From: an uncultured Alphaproteobacteria bacterium
GTDB taxonomy: Bacteria; Pseudomonadota; Alphaproteobacteria; RF32; CAG-239
Direction of reading: 5' to 3'
Length of the DNA stretch: 64,000 nt
Assembly (NCBI GenBank): GCA_944391415.1
Contig: CALXTM010000003.1
Coordinates: 22,510 to 86,509, forward strand
The translations under genes and the position numbers were made by a program. Below the pieces are notes generated by a model, which did no database searches, was not told where the DNA came from, and worked only from the letters and a program-made list of their open reading frames with translations. This document shows, piece by piece, positions 37,656 to 47,977 of the stretch (position 1 is the stretch's first letter; each line of letters opens with the position of its first letter).

Positions 37656-38438
37656 ATGGAAATAAGCTTCATTAATGACGAATATTCTTCTCATCTGGAA
37701 GATAGTTTGCATTTTGCCCAAAAGAACAATTTGCGTTATATTGAGCTTCGTAACGTCAATAGCCGCAATATTTGCGATTTTTCGCTTGCAGAGGCCGCTG
37801 ACATGGCTCATAAGATACAGTCCTCTGGTATCTTGGTCTCGTCTATCGCCTCACCTTTCCTTAATTGGGCTACTGATAAAACAGATTTTAATATTTGTGG
37901 GCAAAAAGTCGCCGATGAAGCCGCATATTTTACACAATTGATGGATTTAGCCGATATTTTTGGCGCTCCCAACATAAACATCTACTCGTACCTAAAAAAT
38001 GATACAATATCGATGGAAGAGCTGGGAAAAAAGCTTGATATTTATAGCCAGATGGCACTTGAGCGCGGCATTTCACTTTTACTTGAAAACGATGCCAAGT
38101 GCAATATCTCTACCATCAACTCAATGCATCAACTGCTTGAATTATATGGATTTTCCAATATTTTTCCGCTGTTAAACCTCGGCAACACCATCGCCATGGC
38201 CGATGACTTTAAACCTCAGGATTTGCAAGATATCATTAACAAATGTCAATATTTTCATCTCAAAGATTATGATGCCGAGCTCAAACGCAATGTTGTTATC
38301 GGTGAAGGCAATATTGATTACGAAGATATTTTGCAAGACAAACTAAACGATACGGATGTGGTTTTGTCTCTTGATACCGCAACCGGTTATCCGGAAGATT
38401 TGCAAATGTCGCTTAATATGGTTCAAGCTTGGGAATAA
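37656..38438 (+). CDS. Xylose isomerase-like TIM-barrel protein (sugar phosphate isomerase/epimerase family)
   Basis: 260 aa from the ATG at 37656 (AAGGA 8 nt upstream). The alternating pattern, with LLLEN and H-x-KD segments, is typical of the AP endonuclease 2 / IolE-like TIM barrels. The assignment is tentative. Confidence 0.5.
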   Translation: MEISFINDEYSSHLEDSLHFAQKNNLRYIELRNVNSRNICDFSLAEAADMAHKIQSSGILVSSIASPFLNWATDKTDFNICGQKVADEAAYFTQLMDLADIFGAPNINIYSYLKNDTISMEELGKKLDIYSQMALERGISLLLENDAKCNISTINSMHQLLELYGFSNIFPLLNLGNTIAMADDFKPQDLQDIINKCQYFHLKDYDAELKRNVVIGEGNIDYEDILQDKLNDTDVVLSLDTATGYPEDLQMSLNMVQAWE

Positions 38439-38440
38439 AA

Positions 38441-38470
38441 AACAGCCCTCTGATTGAGGGCCGTTTTTTT
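38441..38470. terminator. Bidirectional rho-independent terminator
   Basis: Stem gccctc / gagggc with a 5-nt loop, an A-run upstream and a 7-T run downstream. Confidence 0.8.
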
Positions 38471-38473
38471 ATG

Positions 38474-38602
38474 ATTCGAACGTAACACTACCTGCGTAAG
38501 CAGGTAGATGTAGACATACCTGCCCAGCCGTTAGGCTTGCGAAGCCTTTGGGCAGGGCGAACGTAGTTCGGAACAGGTAATACCACTTGCGTTAGCTAGT
38601 GG
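38474..38602 (+). ncRNA. Unclassified structured GC-rich element (candidate small RNA or 3'-UTR structure)
   Basis: Four hairpins in about 130 nt: ctacctgc-GTAA-gcaggtag (38488-38507); cctgccca...tgggcagg (38519-38556), which encloses aggct-tgcga-agcct; cgaac-gta-gttcg; and ccact...agtgg. A possible closing helix pairs ttcgaac (38475-38481) with gttcgga (38566-38572). The GNRA-type loop appears only when the plus strand is read. Confidence 0.3.
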
Positions 38603-38606
38603 AAGT

Positions 38607-38951
38607 TTATTTGTTTATCAGCAGCTTGGCAAAATTCATTAAGAAGACTATTGCCATAAATGTCACAACTCTTGCTGTCAAAATGAGTATTCCGGCACTC
38701 TGCCCCATCACCACGACCTGAACAGCCAACGCCGTAATAATCGCACAACCCAGCATAATCAGCCAATAATTTTTGTTGCCTAAGAATATAAAAGCACATA
38801 TTGCCGCCGCCACAGACTGAATATTGTTGCCGGCAAACTCAAAACACATCATAACAAAAGATTTTATCATGTTGATATTCATGATAAACCCAATAACAAT
38901 TATTGCAATCGCCGCAACCAAAATTGTCATATAAGTTTTAGTTTTGCTCAT
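38607..38951 (-). CDS. Small hydrophobic membrane protein (114 aa)
   Basis: Strong SD (AAGGAG) and ATG. The start overlaps the yejF-like stop by 14 nt. Three to four predicted TM helices. Confidence 0.65.
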   Translation of the reverse strand: MSKTKTYMTILVAAIAIIVIGFIMNINMIKSFVMMCFEFAGNNIQSVAAAICAFIFLGNKNYWLIMLGCAIITALAVQVVVMGQSAGILILTARVVTFMAIVFLMNFAKLLINK

Positions 38952-40560
38952 TTTTTCTCCTTTTTAAAAATGGTCTTTTTCTGATATTCGCCGCTTTGAT
39001 AAGATTTTGCGTATATGTTTTTTGCGGATGTTCCAATATTTTGGATGCAGTATTAAGTTCAACTATTTTACCGTCTTTTAAAACAGCAATATCATCAGCC
39101 ATTGCTTTTATTGCTTGCATATCATGAGTTATAAACAGATAAGCCAGCCCACGATCTTTTTGAATTTTTTGCAGCAATTTCAATATCTGAGCAGCGATTG
39201 TAACATCCAAAGCCGATGTCGGTTCATCCAAAATAAGTATTTCCGGCTCCACCACCAACGCTCTGGCAATGGCAATACGTTGCCTCTGCCCGCCGGAAAA
39301 CTCATGTGGATATTTATCCAAAATATCATCTCTTAACCCTACTTCATGTAAAACATTAGCTATTTTTTGCAATATTCGGTTTTTATTCATTTTTTTGAAA
39401 TGAACATATATGCCTTCAGCAATGATTTCAGCAATATTCATCCGTGGATTAAGCGAATTATAAGGATCCTGAAATACAATTTGTATTTTTTTGTGCAACT
39501 CTTTGTTATTCAATGATCTAATATCTTGGCCCTTATAATACACATTGCCGTCAAAACAATTCAAACCAGCCAAAGCCATCCCCAAAGTTGTTTTACCTGA
39601 GCCTGATTCGCCAACAATTCCAAGAGTTTTGCCGGCTTTGATTTTGATAGAGATGTGGTTAACAGCATAAAGATATTCCCTCACCTTACCCCAAAAGCTT
39701 TTTTTGAGTGGATATTTGACAGTCAAATCTTTAGCCTGCAAAATAAAATCATTTTTATAATTGTTTTTTTCTTTCAATACATTAGAAGCAAAAATCAATG
39801 ATTTGGTATATCGTTCCTTTGGGTTCCTGAAGATATCACTGCACAATCCCTGCTCAATAATTTTACCGCTTTTCATTACCAAAATTCGATCGGCAATCCG
39901 CCTAACAATGTTTAGGTCGTGACTTATAAAAATGACCGACATATTAAGTTCTTTTTTTAATTTCAACAGCAAATCAATAATTTGCGCAGCAATTGTAACA
40001 TCCAATGCCGTTGTCGGTTCATCTGCAATCAAAATATCCGGTTTGTTGGCAATGGCCATAGCAATCATCACTCTTTGCCGTTGTCCGCCAGAAAGCTCAT
40101 GCGGATAAGCATCGTATTTGGCCTTTGGATTTGCTATTCCGGTCAACCTAAGTAATTGCACGGCTTTGGCTTTGGCTCTTCTGGGAGAAAGATTTTGATG
40201 CAAGATAATGGTCTCGGCAATTTGCTGTCCAACCTTATGCAACGGATTCAATGATGACATTGGTTCTTGAAAAACCATTCCTATATTTCCGCCGCGAAAT
40301 TTTCTTATCTCCGGATTGGCAATTAATTCTTCTCCGTTAAATTTTATCGAACTTTCTCTGTCATGAAATGCCTTAGGATATGGCAAAAGCCCCAAAATCG
40401 ACAAAGCCGTCACCGATTTACCCGAGCCGGATTCACCTACAATCCCCAATATTTCGCCTTTTTTAAGAGTAAAAGAGATATTTTTTACGACTTTATAGTC
40501 GTATCCTGACGAGTTCCTAAAACCGATACTCAGATTTTTTATCTCCAACAAATCACTCAT
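38938..40560 (-). CDS. yejF: ABC transporter ATP-binding protein with duplicated ATPase domains (YejF-like, peptide/opine class)
   Basis: Two sets of Walker A ([16 protein letters not shown]), signature ([16 protein letters not shown]) and Walker B ([22 protein letters not shown]). 540 aa. Confidence 0.85.
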   Translation of the reverse strand: MSDLLEIKNLSIGFRNSSGYDYKVVKNISFTLKKGEILGIVGESGSGKSVTALSILGLLPYPKAFHDRESSIKFNGEELIANPEIRKFRGGNIGMVFQEPMSSLNPLHKVGQQIAETIILHQNLSPRRAKAKAVQLLRLTGIANPKAKYDAYPHELSGGQRQRVMIAMAIANKPDILIADEPTTALDVTIAAQIIDLLLKLKKELNMSVIFISHDLNIVRRIADRILVMKSGKIIEQGLCSDIFRNPKERYTKSLIFASNVLKEKNNYKNDFILQAKDLTVKYPLKKSFWGKVREYLYAVNHISIKIKAGKTLGIVGESGSGKTTLGMALAGLNCFDGNVYYKGQDIRSLNNKELHKKIQIVFQDPYNSLNPRMNIAEIIAEGIYVHFKKMNKNRILQKIANVLHEVGLRDDILDKYPHEFSGGQRQRIAIARALVVEPEILILDEPTSALDVTIAAQILKLLQKIQKDRGLAYLFITHDMQAIKAMADDIAVLKDGKIVELNTASKILEHPQKTYTQNLIKAANIRKRPFLKRRKNEQN

Positions 40561-41612
40561 CAGCGATTTCTCCTGGTGTCAAAGGCATCTCTTACACCCT
40601 CGCCTATAAAAATCAACATCGTCAATAAAGACGCCAATACCACAAATATAGAGATTCCAATCCATGGCGCCTGCAAATTATCTTTGCCCTGCCTAACCAA
40701 ATCCCCAAGTGACGGATACTCATGCGAAAGCCCAAGCCCCAAAAAATCAAGTGCCGTCAAAGCTACAATGGATTCAGACAATATAAATGGAATAAAAGTT
40801 ATTGATGCCACCAACGCATTTGGCAAAATATGCCGAAACATAATCCGCATATTTCCGACACCAAGCGCCTTAGCTGCTTTAACAAACTCAAAGTTGCGCG
40901 CTCGCAAAAATTCAGCTCTGACAACCCCCACCAAAGCCGGCCAACTAAAAAACAACATAATCAACAACAACATTCCGAAACTAGGCTCAAAAACACTGGC
41001 AATAATTATCAAAATAAACAGCTGAGGCAAAGATTCCCAAATCTCTAAAAATCGTTGAATTATAATGTCTGTCTTGCCGCCAAAATAGCCCTGTATGGCT
41101 CCAATGATGATCCCTATAACTGACGAAACGGCCGTAAGTATGAATGCAAACACCACCGACAGCCTTATCCCATATAAAATACGAGCCAGAATATCCCTTC
41201 CCTCATCATCGGTTCCCAGCCAATGATTTTTATCCGGAGCCGAAGGTGTTGGTGTATCCAATTGATAATCAACCGTATTAAACGAATATGGTATTAAGGT
41301 AAACCACATATCTCCGTTTGTTTTGATATTTTTAACAATTAACGGATCCTTATAGTCGGCCTCGGTTGGAAAATCACCGCCAAAAGTCTGTTCAGTATAT
41401 TCATTAATAAAGGGAAAATACCATTGTCCGTCATATTTTACTAACAACGGTTTATCATTGGCAATTATTTCTGCCATGAGGCTCAGCAAAAAAATTATTC
41501 CAAAAATAAGCAATGAATAGCCAGCTCTTTTATTTTGCCAAAAAGCAGCGGCCTTTCGCCCGGATGATGTATGTGATATCCATTTACGCATTGGCGAAAC
41601 AATTACTCCCAA
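40560..41612 (-). CDS. yejE: ABC transporter permease (YejE-like, OppC/DppC class)
   Basis: Long N-terminal periplasmic loop with [19 protein letters not shown] and the EAA-like loop [24 protein letters not shown]. The track start is TTG; an alternative ATG lies at 41591. Confidence 0.8.
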   Translation of the reverse strand: MGVIVSPMRKWISHTSSGRKAAAFWQNKRAGYSLLIFGIIFLLSLMAEIIANDKPLLVKYDGQWYFPFINEYTEQTFGGDFPTEADYKDPLIVKNIKTNGDMWFTLIPYSFNTVDYQLDTPTPSAPDKNHWLGTDDEGRDILARILYGIRLSVVFAFILTAVSSVIGIIIGAIQGYFGGKTDIIIQRFLEIWESLPQLFILIIIASVFEPSFGMLLLIMLFFSWPALVGVVRAEFLRARNFEFVKAAKALGVGNMRIMFRHILPNALVASITFIPFILSESIVALTALDFLGLGLSHEYPSLGDLVRQGKDNLQAPWIGISIFVVLASLLTMLIFIGEGVRDAFDTRRNR

Positions 41613-41618
41613 GCAATG

Positions 41619-44249
41619 TTAATTTTCAACAACTTTGACTTTGATATCTATATCATTGGCTGGTTTTGGGGTCGTGTTGGATAACTTTTCACGAAATTGC
41701 TTTTTTAACTCTTCGGGCGAAAGTTTTTGTTCTTCTACGACGGGTGCTTCCAACACCTCTTTAAGATTTTTGCTTTCTGCCAAATTTTCAACATCCTTCA
41801 CCAATTTATCCAAATTTTCTTCAGGCGTTTTTGGTGTTTCTGTTTGGGGTTTGTCTTTTACTTCTTCTTTCTGGTTTGGCTTATTGTCATCTGTGGCAAC
41901 ATTGTCATTTTTTTGCTCAGCTGGTTTTGTAGGTTCAAATGTTGGTGTTTCGACAGATTCTTTTGTTGCTGCCTCATATTCTTCTTTGCTATCAAACAAT
42001 GTCTCAGGAACAACATCTTTACCGGCTTCAGCCGTCGATTTATCCTCTTGAGAGGCCTTATCTTCTGGCTTAGCCTCAACGGTATCAATATTGATAGTCT
42101 TATCACCACTGGTGTCTACATCAGCGGTAATACTGTTCGCATCAACTTTTGGCTCCCCTCCTGTCTCGGTTTTAACCTCATTTTGCGTTGCAGCATCATC
42201 TTTAGCCTTAGCTTCAAGTTCTTGAGCAGCCTTGCTTATGGAAGGCAGTTTTTCCTCGGGCTTTTCTTCGACCACATTTTCGGCAACCTCAACTTTTTCT
42301 ATCACCATCGGTTGAGATGTCGCAGTTATTTCTTGAATTTGGCCATAATTAAAATTGCTTTCTTCTTTGTTATATGCCACCCAAGCTCTCATCCATTCCA
42401 CGAAATTTTCCCGTGCAGATTCAATCTCATGATCTTTATACTTATCTTTTTCAATCAAGCTTTGAATTTGTTTCATATTTTTTTCGGTTGTTTTTATGTC
42501 CGAAAATTCTTGGCACGGTTTCTTTGTAGCCAAATAAGAGTTGACAAGCTCATCCACCCGACAAACCTTATAATCTATCTGTGCTTGTTTATTTTCTTTT
42601 GGTCTTATGGCAAACAATACTTGCCGGTTTTCTTGAATACTCGGATAATATTCGCTTTCCTTTTTCAATATTCCGTGAGGATTCCCCAAACCATTAATAA
42701 TAATGGTTGAATTTTCCAATTGCCCGGCATCTTCAAGCTGTTGTATAAAAGATGCTAATGCTCCGATACCACAGCTAAGCTGATCGGCATAAGCATTGCG
42801 TCTTTCTTCAATTGAATAATTGGCAAATTTTGCATTAGTTTCACTCATCCATGCAGGCATTTCCTTTATCTGACAGAATTCATCATACACATAAGTATCA
42901 GACGGCAAATCAATTACCGCAAAATAAGCCTGCTTTCCGGTCTGTTTTTTCATATTTTCCGCAATAAGATCAAAAACCTTAAACGAGTTGATTGCATACA
43001 ATCTGTCGACCTCACCCCCTATAGGCTTTACCTTGTTTCCCGGTATTATATATTCCAGTCCTTTCAGCAAAGGATTAAAGGATTTCACAAAACCCGTCGA
43101 ATTAAGCCACTGCGCTGCCAACAAAAACGTTTTATCCCATCTTGTAAATTTTGGATCATCCAAAGCAATTGGCATATTGACTTTTTCTAGACAGGTCGCC
43201 GCAGCCAATTTATTGTTAACATAGCAAGTATCAACATCTCTGGTTTGATATACGTTGATTTTATATCCTTCTTTCTGCAACAAACTATAAAGAGCATTAT
43301 CCTTAACATATAGCTTATCATCTTGCAAAGCGGAAAAATCAAAGTATTCATCTCTCATAGCCGAATTCATAACATAAGATGTATCATTATCTGCCGACCC
43401 GAAATTATAAGTTGCCATCAAATTCAAAAATTCATCATTTGAATTTTTGGCCAATGCATTGGGATATAAAATAAAGTTGTATTCCGTCAACATTCCAAGC
43501 AGGTTACCGAGGCTTTTTTGCATATTTATATTTTGCTTTGGCTGGGTTGACATCTTTTGCAAATTATTCGGCGATGTAAGATTGTTAAAAGACAAGAAAA
43601 CAAGACGCTCATTGCTGGTCTCATCTTTAAGTGTCGGTGAAGAAGCTACCGTTCTAAAATATTGCGACGATGTATTAAAATAAGCCTCGCTCAATATCCA
43701 TCCCCAGATAAGCGCCAAACCACACATCATATAAAACATTATTGATCGCCGCAATCTGTTCATCATAAACCACGCTAGTGCAAATACGCACAAGCCGATG
43801 ATCCAAAAAGAATACTCATACAGCCATCCGTTAACCTGATCGCTGAAAATACCGCTGAAAAATATCAACAACCCGGAATGTTTTTCAAAAGTGGCAAATT
43901 GGTTTATAATTGCAATTACTGTTAAGGCAACACCTAAGGATAAAAACGCGTTTTCCAGTTTAGGCCTAAACGAAGCCAGCAACATAATAACAAAACAAAT
44001 TAGCGCAATGGTGGCATAAATATATTGCACTTCAAGTGTCAACATAGATGTTGAAGTAAACATCTTATAGTTTCCGGCTTTGGCAAACAGCGTAAAGTCA
44101 ATAGAAATCAACGCCGCCAATATAAATGTTTTGACCAAAAGATCAAATAAATATTGCCACACACTTCTTTTGCCGACTGATTGCTCAATTTCAACCTTTA
44201 TTTGTTTTGCCGAAAACTTACGCGGGTCGTCAAGATGAATATCATCCAT
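41619..44249 (-). CDS. 876 aa polytopic membrane protein: EptA/LtaS-like (alkaline-phosphatase superfamily) architecture with an acidic, Lys/Glu-rich disordered C-terminal tail
   Basis: About 5-6 N-terminal TM helices. A soluble domain follows whose landmarks are colinear with sulfatase/pEtN-transferase domains: LVFLSFNNLTS, LYSLLQKEGYKINVY, AYFAVIDLPSDTYVYDEFC, NAYADQLSCGIGALASFIQQLEDAGQLENSTIIINGLGNPHG. The canonical GET and DHG residues are substituted. The last roughly 240 aa are low-complexity E/K/T/P. Confidence 0.45.
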   Translation of the reverse strand: MDDIHLDDPRKFSAKQIKVEIEQSVGKRSVWQYLFDLLVKTFILAALISIDFTLFAKAGNYKMFTSTSMLTLEVQYIYATIALICFVIMLLASFRPKLENAFLSLGVALTVIAIINQFATFEKHSGLLIFFSGIFSDQVNGWLYEYSFWIIGLCVFALAWFMMNRLRRSIMFYMMCGLALIWGWILSEAYFNTSSQYFRTVASSPTLKDETSNERLVFLSFNNLTSPNNLQKMSTQPKQNINMQKSLGNLLGMLTEYNFILYPNALAKNSNDEFLNLMATYNFGSADNDTSYVMNSAMRDEYFDFSALQDDKLYVKDNALYSLLQKEGYKINVYQTRDVDTCYVNNKLAAATCLEKVNMPIALDDPKFTRWDKTFLLAAQWLNSTGFVKSFNPLLKGLEYIIPGNKVKPIGGEVDRLYAINSFKVFDLIAENMKKQTGKQAYFAVIDLPSDTYVYDEFCQIKEMPAWMSETNAKFANYSIEERRNAYADQLSCGIGALASFIQQLEDAGQLENSTIIINGLGNPHGILKKESEYYPSIQENRQVLFAIRPKENKQAQIDYKVCRVDELVNSYLATKKPCQEFSDIKTTEKNMKQIQSLIEKDKYKDHEIESARENFVEWMRAWVAYNKEESNFNYGQIQEITATSQPMVIEKVEVAENVVEEKPEEKLPSISKAAQELEAKAKDDAATQNEVKTETGGEPKVDANSITADVDTSGDKTINIDTVEAKPEDKASQEDKSTAEAGKDVVPETLFDSKEEYEAATKESVETPTFEPTKPAEQKNDNVATDDNKPNQKEEVKDKPQTETPKTPEENLDKLVKDVENLAESKNLKEVLEAPVVEEQKLSPEELKKQFREKLSNTTPKPANDIDIKVKVVEN

Positions 44250-44331
44250 GCTAAAATCCTTTTCTTTGCTGTTAATGCTGCAAGTAACGAAAGTTGCCCT
44301 CAGTTTACTTTAGATTTATTTTTTTTAAAAC

Positions 44332-44370
44332 AAAAATCCTCAGAGTTTGCACAACTTCTGAGGATTTTTT
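44332..44370 (-). terminator. Rho-independent terminator after rpsD
   Basis: 9-bp core stem atcctcaga / tctgaggat, extended by A:T pairs, with T-runs on both strands. It sits about 20 nt after the rpsD stop. Confidence 0.8.
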
Positions 44371-44387
44371 GTAAATCAACCTGCTTA

Positions 44388-44999
44388 TTATCTTGAGTAG
44401 AACTCGATAACCATATTCGGTTCCATAACAGATGCATAAGGAACATCATCCAATTTTGGAACAAACGCATATTTTGCAACAGCCTTTTTGGCATCCAATT
44501 CGACATAAGCCGGAACATCACGAGAAGTAGATTCCAAAGCACTTATAACAACTGGCAGTTGTTTTGATTTTTCTCTTACTTCTACAACATCACCTGCTTT
44601 TAACATATAAGAAGGGATATTAACTTTTTTGCCGTTAACCAAAACATGTCCATGGTTAACAAATTGACGAGCAGCAAAAATAGTCGGAACAAATTTTGCT
44701 TTATAAACAATATTATCCAAACGAGACTCCAAAATACCAATCAAGTTTTCTGCAGCATCGCCTGAACGACGTACTGCTTCAACATAATATTTATGGAATT
44801 GTTTTTCCGACACATTACCATAATAGGTTTTCAATTTTTGCTTAGCGGTTAATTGCTCGCCGTAGTCAGTCGGTTTTTTTCTTCTTTGACCATGTTGGCC
44901 CGGAGCATACTCTCTCCTAGCTGCAGAGCTGTTCGGAGCACCCCAAATTACGCCATATTGACGTTCTTTTTTCTTTTTTGTAGAAACAATGCTTTTCAT
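44388..44999 (-). CDS. rpsD: 30S ribosomal protein S4
   Basis: S4 N-terminal and S4-domain patterns: [45 protein letters not shown]. Confidence 0.95.
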   Translation of the reverse strand: MKSIVSTKKKKERQYGVIWGAPNSSAARREYAPGQHGQRRKKPTDYGEQLTAKQKLKTYYGNVSEKQFHKYYVEAVRRSGDAAENLIGILESRLDNIVYKAKFVPTIFAARQFVNHGHVLVNGKKVNIPSYMLKAGDVVEVREKSKQLPVVISALESTSRDVPAYVELDAKKAVAKYAFVPKLDDVPYASVMEPNMVIEFYSR

Positions 45000-45212
45000 C
45001 GATGTATTTTCCTTTTATTTTTCACTCATATTATTGTCCCGATAGTTTTGGCCCAAACACCAAACGAGGCGGTCACATCCCGTCTTCATTCTCGGAAGTG
45101 AGGGCAATTTATAACAATATTTTTCCAAAATCAAGTATTTTTTACAAAATCGCTGGATTTTTTTTATGATATCTGCTATAAGCAGAGCAATATTTATTAA
45201 ATCGGAATTAAT

Positions 45213-46982
45213 ATGTTTTACAACGATTTATTTACTAAAGCCATTAATCTTTTTGACCAAGGCGATTTTGCCTCGGCCGATTGCTTGTTGCGTCAAATTT
45301 TGCAAACCTCACCGGACAATCCCGAGGTATTAAATCTTTTGGGATTGACAGCTCAAGCCCAAGGGTTACACAAAGAAGCACTGCCCTATTTTTCCGCCGC
45401 CATCAGGCAGGAGCCAAACAAGGCTGCCTTTTATTATAATTTGGCCTTTTCTCTTAAAGCTATTGGCGAATATGCCGATGCACTCAATAATTTTTTTCAT
45501 GTCATGTCTTTGTCCCCGCAAATCAAAGAGACCTATAATGAAATTGCCTGTATATATGAGGCCATAAACAATTTACCGCAAGCTCGTGACTATTGGCAAA
45601 AAGCTCTTTCTCTTGATCCAGCATATAGCACTGCCGAGATTAACCTCGCCAACAGTTACCGCCTTGATAACCCCAATCAGGCCGAGCAGCTTTTGCAAGA
45701 CCTCATCAAACGTTTTCCTGATGAAACATTAGGTTTTTATGACCTTGCTTGGCTAAAATATCAACAAAACCAGCCCCAAACAGCCTTGAATTTTGCCCAA
45801 AAGGCAGAAACTTTGTCTCCCTCATCTGATGCCGTCAAATATCTTTTGGGCTTGATTTATTTGCAACTAAATCAAGATGACAAGGCTCTTGCCATTTTAT
45901 CATCCGCCGAGGAGCTAAACCCCAATAGTCCGCAAACGAAATTATGCTTAGCCGATATTTTTAGCCGATTATCGCGTTTTGACGAGGCCGAGGCACGGTA
46001 TAAAAGAGTAATTGAGCTTGACGCCAAGAACTTTGCCGCACACAACAACTACGCTGAGATGCTCTATCGTCAACATCGCCTGCCCGAGGCTTTGGAAGAA
46101 TATCGCCAGGCCATAATTCTGCACCCCGATGCTGCCGAAACCAGCAACAACCTTGGTATAGTACTTAAAGATTTGGGCCAATACGAACAAGCTTCTGACC
46201 TGTTTTTCAATGCATTGCGTTGCAATCCTGAACTTGTTGAAGCATCCATCAATCTGGCCGAAGTATTGATGCTATTTTCTCAACAAAATGAAAACGAGGC
46301 CCTCAAAATTGCTCAATATTGGCTAAAGTCATTTCCATCCAACGAGTTTGCTCGCAATTTATGCGCCGCATTACAAGGAGAACCAATTGAAAATAATCAA
46401 GATTTTATTGAAAAGTTGTTTGACAATTTTGCTCTTAATTACGAATTGGTTATGCAAAATTTGGATTATGCAGCTCCGCTGGCTATTAGACGAATTGCGG
46501 GAGATATCGAAGGTCGCATTGCGGATATTGGCTGTGGTTCGGGGCTTGTTGGTGTGGCTGTTAAAACGCCTAGGAATCAACTTATAGGGGTTGATTTGTC
46601 TGCCAAAATGTTGGAACTTGCCGCAGCAAAACATGTCTATACCGAGCTCATAAAATCCGATGCTCTGGCTTTTTTGCACCAAAGAAGCGATTTTGATTGG
46701 ATTATTGCTGCCGATGTTTTGGGTTACATCTCATCACCTGAGGACTTAGTCAGTCTTTGTCGCGGAAAAAACATAATATTTACTATTGAAAAATCCGACA
46801 CCTCAAACTCTTACCAAATTCAAAAAAACGGCCGATTTAAGCATAATCCTCTTTACATCGAGCAATTGCTTAAAAAATACGGTTTTCAAGATATTGTAAT
46901 AAAAGATATAGTTTTACGTACCGAAAACTCATCACCGGTACAAGGTTGTATTTTCAAAGCAGCTCCCTCACAGCCAAAATAG
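45213..46982 (+). CDS. TPR-repeat protein fused to a class I SAM-dependent methyltransferase domain
   Basis: About 10 TPR-like repeats (for example AEARYKRVIELDAKNFAAHNNYAEMLY), followed by methyltransferase motif I, ADIGCGSGLVG, and a downstream acidic loop. Confidence 0.75.
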   Translation: MFYNDLFTKAINLFDQGDFASADCLLRQILQTSPDNPEVLNLLGLTAQAQGLHKEALPYFSAAIRQEPNKAAFYYNLAFSLKAIGEYADALNNFFHVMSLSPQIKETYNEIACIYEAINNLPQARDYWQKALSLDPAYSTAEINLANSYRLDNPNQAEQLLQDLIKRFPDETLGFYDLAWLKYQQNQPQTALNFAQKAETLSPSSDAVKYLLGLIYLQLNQDDKALAILSSAEELNPNSPQTKLCLADIFSRLSRFDEAEARYKRVIELDAKNFAAHNNYAEMLYRQHRLPEALEEYRQAIILHPDAAETSNNLGIVLKDLGQYEQASDLFFNALRCNPELVEASINLAEVLMLFSQQNENEALKIAQYWLKSFPSNEFARNLCAALQGEPIENNQDFIEKLFDNFALNYELVMQNLDYAAPLAIRRIAGDIEGRIADIGCGSGLVGVAVKTPRNQLIGVDLSAKMLELAAAKHVYTELIKSDALAFLHQRSDFDWIIAADVLGYISSPEDLVSLCRGKNIIFTIEKSDTSNSYQIQKNGRFKHNPLYIEQLLKKYGFQDIVIKDIVLRTENSSPVQGCIFKAAPSQPK

Positions 46983-47050
46983 CCTTTTTACTATCATGAA
47001 CTTAGAATTTTAATGTCTATATTATTTCTGATAGCAACAGGAGTTTTATT

Positions 47051-47956
47051 ATGGGATATTTGTTGGCAGTCACAGCCGTTTTTTTGTGGAGTTTGAATCC
47101 GATTATTTCCAACTATTTTGCCACATCACTGGCCCCGTTGGAAATAGCTTTCAGCCGTTGGCTTATTGCCGGTTGTATTCTAACCGCCATATCTCATCGC
47201 AATTTGTGGCAAAACCGCCGTTGGTTTATATCCAATCTAAAATATCTTACGCTTCTTGCCATCAGCGGCATGGTAATAACCAATACGCTGATATACTATG
47301 CCGGGCATACGGCCTCGGCCATCAATATTAGTCTGTTAAACACACTAGGTCCGATATTTTTGCTTATTCTTTCCCACTTTTTTCTCAAACAACATATTTC
47401 ATCTAAGCAGTTGATAGGTCTCTTTTTCATAATATGTGGTGTGGTTACCATAATTTTCAAAGGCGATTTTTTGTCTTTGTCTAAGGTAACATTAGTCCCA
47501 GGCGATTTTATCATTCTTATTAACGCCTTTTGTTTTGCTGTTTATTCGCTTTTGCAAACCAAGCGCCCGCCTCATATTTCTCAAACCTCTCTTTTGGCAG
47601 CCTCAGCCCTAATCGGTATGATTATTTTGTTTTGTTTAATGTTAATTTTTGTTCCCAAACGGCAAATAACCAATCTTAGTCCCATAGATTACGGAGTTTT
47701 TGTCTATCTTGGGATCTTTAATTCTGTTTTTGCCTATCTTGCCTGGAATACGGCATTGCATCGATTGGGCAGCATCAAAATAGCCGTCATCTATTACACC
47801 TTACCGCTGTTTTCCACAACAGAAGCATATATTTTGTTGGGTGAAAAAATTCATTTATCACAAATTCTCGGTGGAATTTTAGTTATACTTGGTATAATCT
47901 GGTCGAACCAAGCATCTTCTTTGCCCACAAAAAAGGCTCTCGCCAAAAAGGAGTAA
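47051..47956 (+). CDS. EamA/DMT-family transporter
   Basis: Ten TM helices in two EamA-like halves. SD CAGGAG. 301 aa. Confidence 0.8.
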   Translation: MGYLLAVTAVFLWSLNPIISNYFATSLAPLEIAFSRWLIAGCILTAISHRNLWQNRRWFISNLKYLTLLAISGMVITNTLIYYAGHTASAINISLLNTLGPIFLLILSHFFLKQHISSKQLIGLFFIICGVVTIIFKGDFLSLSKVTLVPGDFIILINAFCFAVYSLLQTKRPPHISQTSLLAASALIGMIILFCLMLIFVPKRQITNLSPIDYGVFVYLGIFNSVFAYLAWNTALHRLGSIKIAVIYYTLPLFSTTEAYILLGEKIHLSQILGGILVILGIIWSNQASSLPTKKALAKKE

Positions 47957-47977
47957 AAAGCGAGAGCCTCTTGTGCT

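Noticed and set aside
38474-38484. ttcgaac sequence resembling a tRNA T-loop, considered as a possible tRNA or tRNA fragment
   Set aside because: No cloverleaf can be drawn: there is no acceptor stem, no anticodon arm and no D-arm at the proper spacing. It is reported instead as an unclassified structured element.
41727-42710. 327 aa plus-strand ORF (also 41635..42051) inside the 3' third of the 876 aa gene
   Set aside because: It is antisense to the low-complexity acidic tail. Its translation is Phe/Cys/Leu-rich nonsense with no SD or motif. Long antisense ORFs are expected opposite GAA/AAA-rich coding sequence.
45030-45110. GC-richer patch in the rpsD upstream region, considered as an S4 autoregulatory leader
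   Set aside because: Only short imperfect hairpins (for example cttc...gaag) could be drawn, and I cannot recognise a known S4-binding pseudoknot. The evidence is too weak without covariation data.
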